Below the pieces are notes generated by a model that worked only from the letters and a program-made list of their open reading frames with translations, was not told where the DNA came from and did not search any database. From a virus (taxonomy: Duplodnaviria; Caudoviricetes): 64,000 nucleotides of DNA. Below are positions 54,762 through 62,901 of the stretch, piece by piece. The stretch covers positions 1-64,000 of IMG/VR virus record IMGVR_UViG_3300042199_000463. One strand, written 5' to 3'. Every line of letters starts with the position of its first letter. The stretch's first letter is position 1. The translations under genes and the position numbers were made by a program.

Positions 54762-56095
54762 ATGAACTCTTTCATGAACTTGTTCGCCGTCGCTTCGCCG
54801 AATTTTTCTTTCATCTGGTAAAATACATAGCCCTTTTTATAGCCTTTATTTAAGGCTTTTTTCTTGATGCTATTTCCTACGACGATCCAGCGTTCGTAGG
54901 GCTTGATTTCTTTGAGCTTGCCATCAACAATACTCGGCCCTGTTTTCTTAGCAACTTCAAACTCGTTTCCACAATGGCATGTGGCCTGTGCTGCGTGGAC
55001 AACGGCGTAGCATATTTTACAAGTCTTTACTGGAGCTTCCATCTTAATAGAGCTTTTCTTTTTATCTAAAACTGGCGCAAAATTATCGGTAACAAATCCG
55101 TGCATAGCCGTGCAGTCGCCGTGATCGAACACAAGAAAATCTTTTTTGTTTGGAAAGATGCGCGATCCACGCCCAACTTGTTGAATGTACAAGTTTAATG
55201 ACCTTGTTGGTCGATACAAAACGATGCAAGACGTCTCAGGAAGATCGACGCCCGTAGTTAAGATTCCCACGTTACACAGAATACGCGTCTTTTTGTCGGT
55301 GTAATCGCGCAAAATTTCTTTTCGATCTTTGTCCGGCGTGTCCGCGTCAATGTGTACTGCAGCAACGCCACGTGAAGAAAACTCTGATGCTAAAAGTTTA
55401 CTGACGGCAACAGTTGGAGCGAACAAAATGGTTTGACGGTCCTCGCCGTGTTCAAGCCAGTTGTCGAGAGCGCGTCCGACGATTAGAGACTTTGACATTT
55501 CACGGCTGAGGTCGTTTTCGTCGAACTCGCCATTTGACTTGATCTTGACTTTGGACAAATCAGGCTTGGCCGGAGCGTAGTAACGCGGCGGCGAGAGATA
55601 TCCTTGTTCGATTAGCTCAGTCATCGTTATGGGGCAAATGACGTCATCAGCTAAATGCCTTAACCCTGCCTTAGTGTATGGCGTGGCCGTAACAGACAGA
55701 ATGAATGCCTTCGGGTAATGTTCTAAAAACTCTTTGTATTTAGGCGAAGTCGCAAGATGCGCCTCGTCGATAACGATCAAGTGAGCGTCAGGGAAATGAT
55801 TTCTGGATATGAGCGTATCAATCGAGCAAATCTGTATGTTGTTACTTATGTTATCACGTCCAGACATGATGACACCCGCACCGTCAAGACGCTTTGCCGC
55901 TTGATCGACTAGTTCACGTCCGCGCACGACCATGATGCCGCGACGCCCTTTTTCGGCTAGTGATTTTAGAATGTAACTGAACACGGTCGTCTTCCCAGAT
56001 CCGGTTGCAAGATGCAGCAATACGCGACGATTTCCGCGTGCGAATGACTGCCTGATCATATTCACAGCTTTTTCTTGATATGGCCGAAGTTCCAT
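54569..56095 (-). CDS. DEAH-box SF2 helicase with C-terminal Zn finger (RadD/YejH-like)
   Basis: LATGSGKT, DEAH, TATP, QQVGRGSR, CKIC...CHC. Confidence 0.92.
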   Translation of the reverse strand: MELRPYQEKAVNMIRQSFARGNRRVLLHLATGSGKTTVFSYILKSLAEKGRRGIMVVRGRELVDQAAKRLDGAGVIMSGRDNISNNIQICSIDTLISRNHFPDAHLIVIDEAHLATSPKYKEFLEHYPKAFILSVTATPYTKAGLRHLADDVICPITMTELIEQGYLSPPRYYAPAKPDLSKVKIKSNGEFDENDLSREMSKSLIVGRALDNWLEHGEDRQTILFAPTVAVSKLLASEFSSRGVAAVHIDADTPDKDRKEILRDYTDKKTRILCNVGILTTGVDLPETSCIVLYRPTRSLNLYIQQVGRGSRIFPNKKDFLVFDHGDCTAMHGFVTDNFAPVLDKKKSSIKMEAPVKTCKICYAVVHAAQATCHCGNEFEVAKKTGPSIVDGKLKEIKPYERWIVVGNSIKKKALNKGYKKGYVFYQMKEKFGEATANKFMKEFMRDFTTPSLSTKFLSPYQNPVVVQRGKIIQVRHKMGTDIYPMDSLDRQTLSELQNLMDNSSRSK

Positions 56096-56133
56096 GTTAA
56101 ACAAAGTCCACTAATTTATGGGAGCATGTGTAT

Positions 56134-56280
56134 ATGGCAAAGAAAGCGAAAAGAGAAAAGGTATTCGGTATCCGTCTGACGAAAAAAGAGTTTGAACAGA
56201 TTTGTAAAGAAGCTGAAAAAGAAATGATCACTCCCGCGACGTGGGCACGCATTGCTTTGATCAAGGAACTCGCCGCATGA
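56134..56280 (+). CDS. Small ribbon-helix-helix-like regulator (48 aa)
   Basis: Manual translation MAKKAKREKVFGIRLTKKEFEQICKEAEKEMITPATWARIALIKELAA; divergent from the helicase gene. Confidence 0.65.
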   Translation: MAKKAKREKVFGIRLTKKEFEQICKEAEKEMITPATWARIALIKELAA

Positions 56281-56609
56281 GCTGCCAGCACGAAAAACAG
56301 ACAAAAGTAAAAACAAACGACGGCAATCTGATCGTTTGCAAAGACTGCCTGACGAACTTGGAATTTCAAGCTGCAGCTCCGATTAAGTCTGATCTTAATC
56401 CCACGGACAGAATACCAGTTACGGAGCTTGTTAAAACGGCTAAGGGTCTAGCTCTTAATGATTTTGAAAAGAGCTTTATTGACTCGTTTTCTGAGCGCAT
56501 TGCTAAATACGGCGACAAAGTTATCGTTTCAGAAAAGCAGCAAGCCATCTTGGACAAGATTCAAAAGACCTACAACATCACATATATAAATACAGACATT
56601 GCGTTCTAA
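56277..56609 (+). CDS. Hypothetical protein with Zn-binding motif
   Basis: MSCQH...CKDC; ATGA overlap with the previous gene. Confidence 0.6.
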   Translation: MSCQHEKQTKVKTNDGNLIVCKDCLTNLEFQAAAPIKSDLNPTDRIPVTELVKTAKGLALNDFEKSFIDSFSERIAKYGDKVIVSEKQQAILDKIQKTYNITYINTDIAF

Positions 56610-57004
56610 CTTAACGGCATAGCTGGCTTGACTCTGAACACCCTAAGACCACTTGGCGGCGGCACGATTTGGCAGTGTAGCCATGTCGGCGTGTCTTCGG
56701 GATGTTCGATCCATACACCGAAATCTCGCAACCGGTTTGGCTCGGCCATGAGCCAGTTAATAAGAGCGTGTTCTGGATCGTGAATGTCTGCAGCTTGGCA
56801 AGTCATGTGCTTTGAGCGAACCGCACCTTTTGCGAGCGTGTTGAAAATCCCTGGACGATAGCCAGACGTAATCTTCATGGGTTTGCCCCATGCCGATCGT
56901 ATCGTGTTCAGTCTGATAAGAAGTTCTAACAGATTACTTTCCAGCTCAGGCGTGAGCGGATACTGCTTTTCGCGCCCCATCAAAATCTCGGCTTTAGTAA
57001 TCAC
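56606..57004 (-). CDS. Peptidase M15 family Zn peptidase (probable endolysin)
   Basis: ITSGYR...SKHMTCQAADI...WLHCQ (H-x6-D...H Zn ligands). Confidence 0.88.
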   Translation of the reverse strand: MITKAEILMGREKQYPLTPELESNLLELLIRLNTIRSAWGKPMKITSGYRPGIFNTLAKGAVRSKHMTCQAADIHDPEHALINWLMAEPNRLRDFGVWIEHPEDTPTWLHCQIVPPPSGLRVFRVKPAMPLS

Positions 57005-57063
57005 GCTTGACCTTCAGCGAACAAAGTTTTACAAACACGAACCACTTCACAGGAGATTATATC

Positions 57064-57627
57064 ATGAGTGATACGGACGTACAGAAGCAAAAGACACCTT
57101 TGCATCAAGCGGTACTTGACCTTGCTGCAGTTTGTCAGCAAATCGACGAATCCGCCGATATTACAGACGTCTTGATCAAAACACTTGGCGAGTTGAAACA
57201 GGGGCTAGTGACTGCAGTTGACAGAAACATTTTGTTTGAAAAGTCGCTAAAAGCGCAAATTGCGACGGCCAAGGAAATGAAAGACAGTTGGACGCACAGG
57301 CAAAAAGTTTTGGAGTCCGTAAAAGAAAGCCATTCAGGTTATATGCTCGCCGCAATTGCAAGCTCAGGCGGTTTGCCGTTTAAGGGAACACAAGGCGAGA
57401 TTCGCGCTCAGGCGTCGCCGCCAAGTATGGAGCTAACGATCAAAACTGATCGCCGCTCGTTTGAGACAATTACGGCTCAGGACGCTGAAACGATTCCGCT
57501 AAAATACATTACCGAGACGACGCTACTAAGTTTGAACAAAGACGCTATTCGAGAAGATTTGCAGAATGGCGTTGAGTTGTCGTTTGCGAAATTAACACGT
57601 GGTCGCCACATAAGAATCTATATTTAA
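57064..57627 (+). CDS. Siphovirus Gp157-like protein
   Basis: N-terminal coiled coil; C-terminal LNKDAIREDLQNGVELSFAKL...IRI pattern. Confidence 0.7.
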   Translation: MSDTDVQKQKTPLHQAVLDLAAVCQQIDESADITDVLIKTLGELKQGLVTAVDRNILFEKSLKAQIATAKEMKDSWTHRQKVLESVKESHSGYMLAAIASSGGLPFKGTQGEIRAQASPPSMELTIKTDRRSFETITAQDAETIPLKYITETTLLSLNKDAIREDLQNGVELSFAKLTRGRHIRIYI

Positions 57628-57638
57628 AGGAGTTTGAA

Positions 57639-58274
57639 ATGGAAACAGGCGTAACAGTAGTGGAAACATCATCGGCACGTCCCATGTTGGATTTGCCATA
57701 TCATGAAAAGATCGCCGCAGCTTCGGGAATGGCAAATCTTTTGAATACGATCATTAGAAAGCAGAAGTTCTTTCAAGTGATCCAAGGCAAAGAATTTGTC
57801 AAAGTAGAAGGTTGGATCACGCTTGGCAGTTTGCTTGGCATTACGCCGCGAGAAAAGTCTGTGACAGAACTTCCTGACGGTAGTTACATTGCAGAAATTG
57901 AACTTGTTCGCGTTGATACAGGTAGAATCATCGGCGGCGCATCGGCTCTTTGTTCAGTCGATGAAAAGCGTTGGGGTAATGCAGACAAATATGCTAGAAG
58001 ATCAATGTCGGTAACGAGAGCAACAGGCAAAGCGTACCGCATATCATTTGGCTGGATTATTGGGCTCGCCGGTTTTGAGACTTGTAATGCCGAGGAAATG
58101 CCAGAATCCCCAACCCAAGAAGACGTCTATACAGGCACGCCAGAACAAAAGTCAAAACTCACAGCATATCTAAAAACTGCAGGATTTGACGACGAAAAGA
58201 CGCAATCTGTTTTGACGAAAATGGTCGGAAAAACAAAAGACAAACTACCAGAGGTAATGCGTGATTTGCAGTAA
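57639..58274 (+). CDS. Putative single-strand annealing recombinase
   Basis: SMSVTRATGKAYR...GLAGF...AEEM motif; next to the Gp157-like gene. Confidence 0.6.
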   Translation: METGVTVVETSSARPMLDLPYHEKIAAASGMANLLNTIIRKQKFFQVIQGKEFVKVEGWITLGSLLGITPREKSVTELPDGSYIAEIELVRVDTGRIIGGASALCSVDEKRWGNADKYARRSMSVTRATGKAYRISFGWIIGLAGFETCNAEEMPESPTQEDVYTGTPEQKSKLTAYLKTAGFDDEKTQSVLTKMVGKTKDKLPEVMRDLQ

Positions 58275-58381
58275 CGAGACACTTTACTTGTCTGTTAAGC
58301 TGCTGGCTGTGATCGGAGCTTTTTCTCTGATCGCCGCTTGTGGCGTTTTTATGTTTTGTCTTTTTTCTAGGAGACTTAAAA

Positions 58382-58549
58382 ATGAGATTTCTAATTCTCA
58401 TATTTCTAGCTAGTTGCGCTCACAATGAGTCGGTTACAAAAGAAGAATACGAACTTTTTCAGGCGCGTTTTAGCGGCATTTATTCCAGACTTGATCAATG
58501 TGAATTTGAAATCAGAGAGCTGAAAAATATTATTGCGGAGCATGACTGA
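58382..58549 (+). CDS. Small putative lipoprotein (55 aa)
   Basis: MRFLILIFLASC lipobox followed by a coiled coil. Confidence 0.65.
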   Translation: MRFLILIFLASCAHNESVTKEEYELFQARFSGIYSRLDQCEFEIRELKNIIAEHD

Positions 58550-58910
58550 TGAATGGAAAGCAATCCAAATGGCTAAGAAAAAACTGCAAAAAACTAGGCT
58601 CAAATTACAAGAATGCTAAAAAGCAATTTAAGACTTTGACGCATATTCAAAAGGGAAAGCTTAAAAAGGAAATGGAGAGATAATGGCTTGGCGTCGCATA
58701 ACCACTAAGGTTATTGAACTTGTCCGTGAAAACACGGATTTACTTATTACAACTTTTTCAGATTCAAACTTGATTAAGATAGAATTTGTACCGCATCAAG
58801 AATTTCAGTGGTCATTTATTACTGAGATACGAGAATGAACATAGCTGAACTAAAACAAATCGCTGAAAGCTGCTTCGCCAATCCGTCCGATAACAACCGG
58901 ATGTCTTGAG

Positions 58911-59129
58911 ATGAGTGACGAATACTGCACAAGATGTGAGCGACCATTTTCAGTCACAGAAGTTAATATGTTGCGCGATTACGAAAAGCAGAAAAAGGAA
59001 ACTATGCGATTTCAAGCCGCAGTTTCAGCAATGTCCGCGTTGATTTCCGCTGGTGCGACTAATTTTGAAAAGTGCGCGAGTGATGCAGTGCTTCACGGAG
59101 ATGCACTTTTAGCGGAGCTAGAGAAATGA
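58911..59129 (+). CDS. Hypothetical early protein (72 aa)
   Basis: CTRC motif; AAVSAMSALIS...AVLHGDALLAELEK helix pattern. Confidence 0.65.
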   Translation: MSDEYCTRCERPFSVTEVNMLRDYEKQKKETMRFQAAVSAMSALISAGATNFEKCASDAVLHGDALLAELEK

Positions 59130-59485
59130 GCACGATTGAGCGATTGAAAGATTTGTACAGCAAGTCCACTCAGGGGAAGTGGTTTGTTTCGCATGATTAT
59201 TCTTCAGAAGAACCGATTGTGAAAACAGATTCGTATTCTGGAGAATGGTATCGTGGAAACATCGCTATGATTGTTTATGATGGATTGTCTGATTGGGAGA
59301 GGCCAAGCGCAAGTGCGGATGCGGAGTTGATTGCTGAAATGCGTAACGCCTTACCGAAACTACTGGCCGTGGTTGATGCGGCGAAAGAATTCAATCTGGC
59401 GATAATAGACGGAGCTGATGGATTATATGTCGGTCATGAGGAAGTTCTTACGTTGATAGCAGCGTTGAGAGAATTGGAGCGTTAA
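59126..59485 (+). CDS. Ead/Ea22-like modular early protein (119 aa)
   Basis: STQGKW...DAELIAEMRNALPKLLAVVDAAK...ALRELER. Confidence 0.7.
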   Translation: MSTIERLKDLYSKSTQGKWFVSHDYSSEEPIVKTDSYSGEWYRGNIAMIVYDGLSDWERPSASADAELIAEMRNALPKLLAVVDAAKEFNLAIIDGADGLYVGHEEVLTLIAALRELER

Positions 59486-59673
59486 TGGCTGAATCATCGC
59501 AACAGCGTTACGAACGAAGTAAAGAACTAGATAACCGCATTTCTGAGCTGGAGCAAAAACTCGCCATCGCTCGTGAGGCTTTGAAAAAAATAGGCGAGTT
59601 GAGTGTCGATAGAGTAGATCGACTTTATGCAAATGACGTTGCGCGAGCTGCGCTGGAGAAATTGAATGATTGA
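59485..59673 (+). CDS. Modular small early protein (62 aa)
   Basis: ELEQKLAIAREAL...ARAALEKL shared with 36976-37209. Confidence 0.7.
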   Translation: MAESSQQRYERSKELDNRISELEQKLAIAREALKKIGELSVDRVDRLYANDVARAALEKLND

Positions 59674-59766
59674 TTGGTTACTACGCCATTACCGCCCGAT
59701 TACTGTAACAACGTGGATTGTGTTGGTGGTTTATTTTTTAGTTTTCGGGGGCAAACTGATTTTTGG

Positions 59767-60021
59767 ATGGCCAAATTGATCAACATCGAACTCCCAATTC
59801 AGCCGATCGACAAAGCTACATTCTCTCTTGAGGATTTGGCGGAGTATTTGGCTCACGCTGTCGATGAAACGCAAGGTCAGTTTTTCAATGAGTTTGTTCA
59901 GCGGTTAAGAATGTGCTGTCAACCGCACATGGGCTGGCAGATGCAAGGGTTAATGCTTAAGAAGTATCTGAACGATGATGCGAAAGACTTTTTTAATTTT
60001 GTGGGAGTGGATGATGTTTGA
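59767..60021 (+). CDS. Homologue of 37415-37660
   Basis: Near-identical N- and C-terminal thirds. Confidence 0.7.
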   Translation: MAKLINIELPIQPIDKATFSLEDLAEYLAHAVDETQGQFFNEFVQRLRMCCQPHMGWQMQGLMLKKYLNDDAKDFFNFVGVDDV

Positions 60022-60127
60022 CTGGCTAGTTCATCTTTATCGACCGAAAAATGTAATAGAATGGATTGCGCTGGTTATTTATTTTCTGCTTATAGGTTCT
60101 ACACTTATTTTTAGGTGGGAAAAGTGA
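60014..60127 (+). CDS. Hydrophobic micro-protein (37 aa)
   Basis: MFDWLVHLYRPKNVIEWIALVYYFLLIGSTLIFRWEK. Confidence 0.5.
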   Translation: MFDWLVHLYRPKNVIEWIALVIYFLLIGSTLIFRWEK

Positions 60128-60240
60128 TTGTCTCAATACTAGACTGGCTTATAGGCAGACTTCCCGCATGGTCTGCTACTTTGGTAGTTTTCTCATTGAT
60201 ATATGCACTCATTCACCTTTTATATTGGATTCTTAAATGA
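60124..60240 (+). CDS. Hydrophobic micro-protein (38 aa; GTG start)
   Basis: MIVSILDWLIGRLPAWSATLVVFSLIYALIHLLYWILK; GTGA and ATGA overlaps on both sides. Confidence 0.5.
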   Translation: MIVSILDWLIGRLPAWSATLVVFSLIYALIHLLYWILK

Positions 60241-60452
60241 CCACTAACCCCAACGATCCATTAACCGCGCACAATCTAAAGCACTTCGCAGCGATTGCGG
60301 CACTAAACGGCATAATCTCTCATGAAGGCGCACCCGCGAAAGACAATTTAGATTACAAATCAGTCGTCGAAAATGACGTCGTTCGCGCCATCGACTATGC
60401 AGATAAACTTGTGGAATTGTTGCACGTGGAACAAGAGGTTAGTGAGCGGTAA
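60237..60452 (+). CDS. Homologue of 38655-38849
   Basis: Shared PNDPLTA...HEGAPAKDNLDYKSVVEND. Confidence 0.75.
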   Translation: MTTNPNDPLTAHNLKHFAAIAALNGIISHEGAPAKDNLDYKSVVENDVVRAIDYADKLVELLHVEQEVSER

Positions 60453-60906
60453 CCAAGCTGCCGCCCTCAGCTCTAACAAAAGAGCTAGTGAATTAACACT
60501 TAGCTTTCTTCTTGCCGGTTTTTTTAACCGATTTCTTTGGCTTCGCCATGAGCGACTCCTTATTAAATTGTAGCATGATTGCTCTAATTACATTGAAGGT
60601 TGTTTTTATGTTCAAGTCAATAAAAAGATTCATAGGAAAGTTCAGACTTCCTATCGTTGTCAAGAGAACGGAAAACTACATTCAGATTTGTTTGTTTCGC
60701 AGCATGTTTACAAGCTACAAGAAAAGAAAAAAGAGAATACGGTGAAGTCATCGTATTCTCTCTAGGACATGAATTGGTCGCACAGTTATTCTACTTTAAC
60801 AGCGAGCGATTCTGCAACGGCTGCGACAAGTTTGTCGTCGAGAGCGTTTGATGTTTCTTTCGCCAAGGCGTGCAATCCATAAACAATCACTTTCGAGAAG
60901 AAGGCT

Positions 60907-61122
60907 TCAGAAGCCAGTTTCCATAGAAGACCCATCATAAGCTTTGCAAGAGCTTGTGCCATCATTTTTTGTCTCCAAATTCCTGATTTTGTAAAATGCC
61001 GCGTCGATGTCTTTTCGCATTTTGAAAATTGCTTTTATGGCCCATAGCGCGCCTGAACCCATCGCTCCTAAAAGCATCAAAAGTGCGCCTGTTACGATGT
61101 CTTTTAGTTCAATGACGTCCAC
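60907..61122 (-). CDS. Membrane-anchored small protein (holin/XhlA-like architecture)
   Basis: TM segment followed by MRKDIDAAFYKIRNLE coil. Confidence 0.5.
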   Translation of the reverse strand: MDVIELKDIVTGALLMLLGAMGSGALWAIKAIFKMRKDIDAAFYKIRNLETKNDGTSSCKAYDGSSMETGF

Positions 61123-61499
61123 AAAATCCCTACCAGCAAGCCCAAAATTGCAAACATTACATAGTAAAGTTTCGCAGGGATTTTGATCGTTGTAAATACA
61201 GTGACAGGTTTTGCGTCAGGAACTTTGACCATGATCTCAGGTTGCCGCACTTCGATTTTGAAGTCTTTCGACGCAATCTTTTCCAGAGTGGTGCGAATTA
61301 AGGCTAATTCGTCCGCGAAAACTTGGAATTTGTCGTCGTCTTGTAGCGTTTTGGCGAGCTGTTTTAGTTCTTCGCTCATTTCGTGAACGGCGGCGAGCAT
61401 GTGCGGCTCGCCTTCAAGTTGCACGCGCACGCGGTCGATAGTCGCGGAAATGCTGGCTTCCGTGGTGCCGCCTTTGCCGACGTCTGAAAAACTAGCCAA
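61104..61499 (-). CDS. Coiled-coil protein with C-terminal TM segment (131 aa)
   Basis: C-terminal LYYVMFAILGLLVGILW. Confidence 0.6.
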   Translation of the reverse strand: MASFSDVGKGGTTEASISATIDRVRVQLEGEPHMLAAVHEMSEELKQLAKTLQDDDKFQVFADELALIRTTLEKIASKDFKIEVRQPEIMVKVPDAKPVTVFTTIKIPAKLYYVMFAILGLLVGILWTSLN

Positions 61500-62559
61500 T
61501 GCGCACCGCCCAGATTTCGCCCTTATGACGTGGCGTGCCTGACGTGTAGTCGAATTTGCTGTTTAGGTAATAGGTCGTCGTGCTAGATAGCGTTACGAGC
61601 TTAGGCGGAGCTGAAAACTGTGGATTTTCGCCTGAAATCATCTGATAGGCGTGACGTGAAAAGTCAAATGTGCCCACGTTTGAGCCGTTCGATGTGTCAG
61701 ATAGTCCTGCGGAAACGCCTTGGGTTAAAACCGCACCGTTTTCCTCAAAAGCTAGTACGCCGTAAATGATCCATAGGCCCGCTGTGACAGATAAGGACGT
61801 GACCGAACCATACGAGCCAGACGCCGCGACTCCGGTTGCTGTAAACGTCGCCTGAGATGCTTGCAGCTTTTCGCCAATCTTACCTGTACTTGGCGAAAGT
61901 CCGTCTGTACGTGCCGTTAATGCGTCTGTATTGAGTGTTTGAAACGACTTGTCGCCACGCCAAAACTGCGACGTGGTTCCAGACGTGATAGCTGGTTCTT
62001 TGCTGTTAAACGTAGTCCAGTCTGCAGAATCGAGGAACCCGTCAGTCGAGCCGTTCGCTTGCGGTATGGCAATCGTGCGGTCAGCGGACAAATCGCCGCC
62101 GCCTGTGATCGGAGCTGTCGTATTGATAGCCCGTGACGTCGAAACTTTATTGTTAAACGTAGTCCAGTCAGCGGATTTTAGGACACCGGTTTGTGAGCCA
62201 GATGCTTCCTCGATAACGGTACGTATCCCGTCCGCCTGAATGGAATTTGTGGCCTTGAAAAATCCTGCACCCGCCGCCGCTGCAGATAGCTTTAGGTCAG
62301 CAGTTAAAACGCCGCCCGTTACGGTCAAATCGACCGAATTTGTGTCGTTTACCGCGACACTTGCAAGCTCAGTGTCGATCGGATCCCAGACGTCGGACGT
62401 AACCGTGTAAACGACACCTGTATCAAGTGTGAGTCTGATCGTTCCGTCAGGATCTCCGCTCGGTAAAGCAGCAAAGTTTGCTACGGGATCACCGAAATAC
62501 GCCGATCCACCGCCGCCGGAAGTCAGACAACAGGAAATTTCTAAATATGTGCCAGCCAT
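61492..62559 (-). CDS. Tail fibre-like protein of phage 2 (355 aa)
   Basis: Two SADWTTFN(N/S)K repeats, TTAPITGGGDLSADRTI fibre motif, beta-rich C-terminal head. Confidence 0.8.
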   Translation of the reverse strand: MAGTYLEISCCLTSGGGGSAYFGDPVANFAALPSGDPDGTIRLTLDTGVVYTVTSDVWDPIDTELASVAVNDTNSVDLTVTGGVLTADLKLSAAAAGAGFFKATNSIQADGIRTVIEEASGSQTGVLKSADWTTFNNKVSTSRAINTTAPITGGGDLSADRTIAIPQANGSTDGFLDSADWTTFNSKEPAITSGTTSQFWRGDKSFQTLNTDALTARTDGLSPSTGKIGEKLQASQATFTATGVAASGSYGSVTSLSVTAGLWIIYGVLAFEENGAVLTQGVSAGLSDTSNGSNVGTFDFSRHAYQMISGENPQFSAPPKLVTLSSTTTYYLNSKFDYTSGTPRHKGEIWAVRIG

Positions 62560-62571
62560 ATCGTAACTCTC

Positions 62572-62901
62572 TTAGAAGCGGTTTGTTGGCTCTTTCAAAA
62601 CTGCAGTAGCGGTCATCGTGCCAGTTCCAGAGCTTGGAACCCACTTAACACGGTAGTACATATAGTTACCGCCGCTCACGTTATAAACGTGGGATGCGCC
62701 AGATGCGATCGACTGCGACGTGCCAGAAATGGTCACATAGTTCACGTTCGTGTTCGACGCCTCAAGTGTGAGCGTGCCGTTCAGTGTTCCAGAGCTGAAA
62801 TCAATCTGTACGCTGTATTCACGCTGATCGCCGATGTTTACACCGATTGACGTTTGTGTTACGGCGGCATTTGCGGCACTTAGTAGTTGGTCGATTTTCA
62901 T
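62572..62901 (-). CDS. Small beta-sandwich structural protein (109 aa)
   Basis: YSVQIDF...GTLTLEASN...YYRVKW, similar to 49269-49616. Confidence 0.6.
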   Translation of the reverse strand: MKIDQLLSAANAAVTQTSIGVNIGDQREYSVQIDFSSGTLNGTLTLEASNTNVNYVTISGTSQSIASGASHVYNVSGGNYMYYRVKWVPSSGTGTMTATAVLKEPTNRF

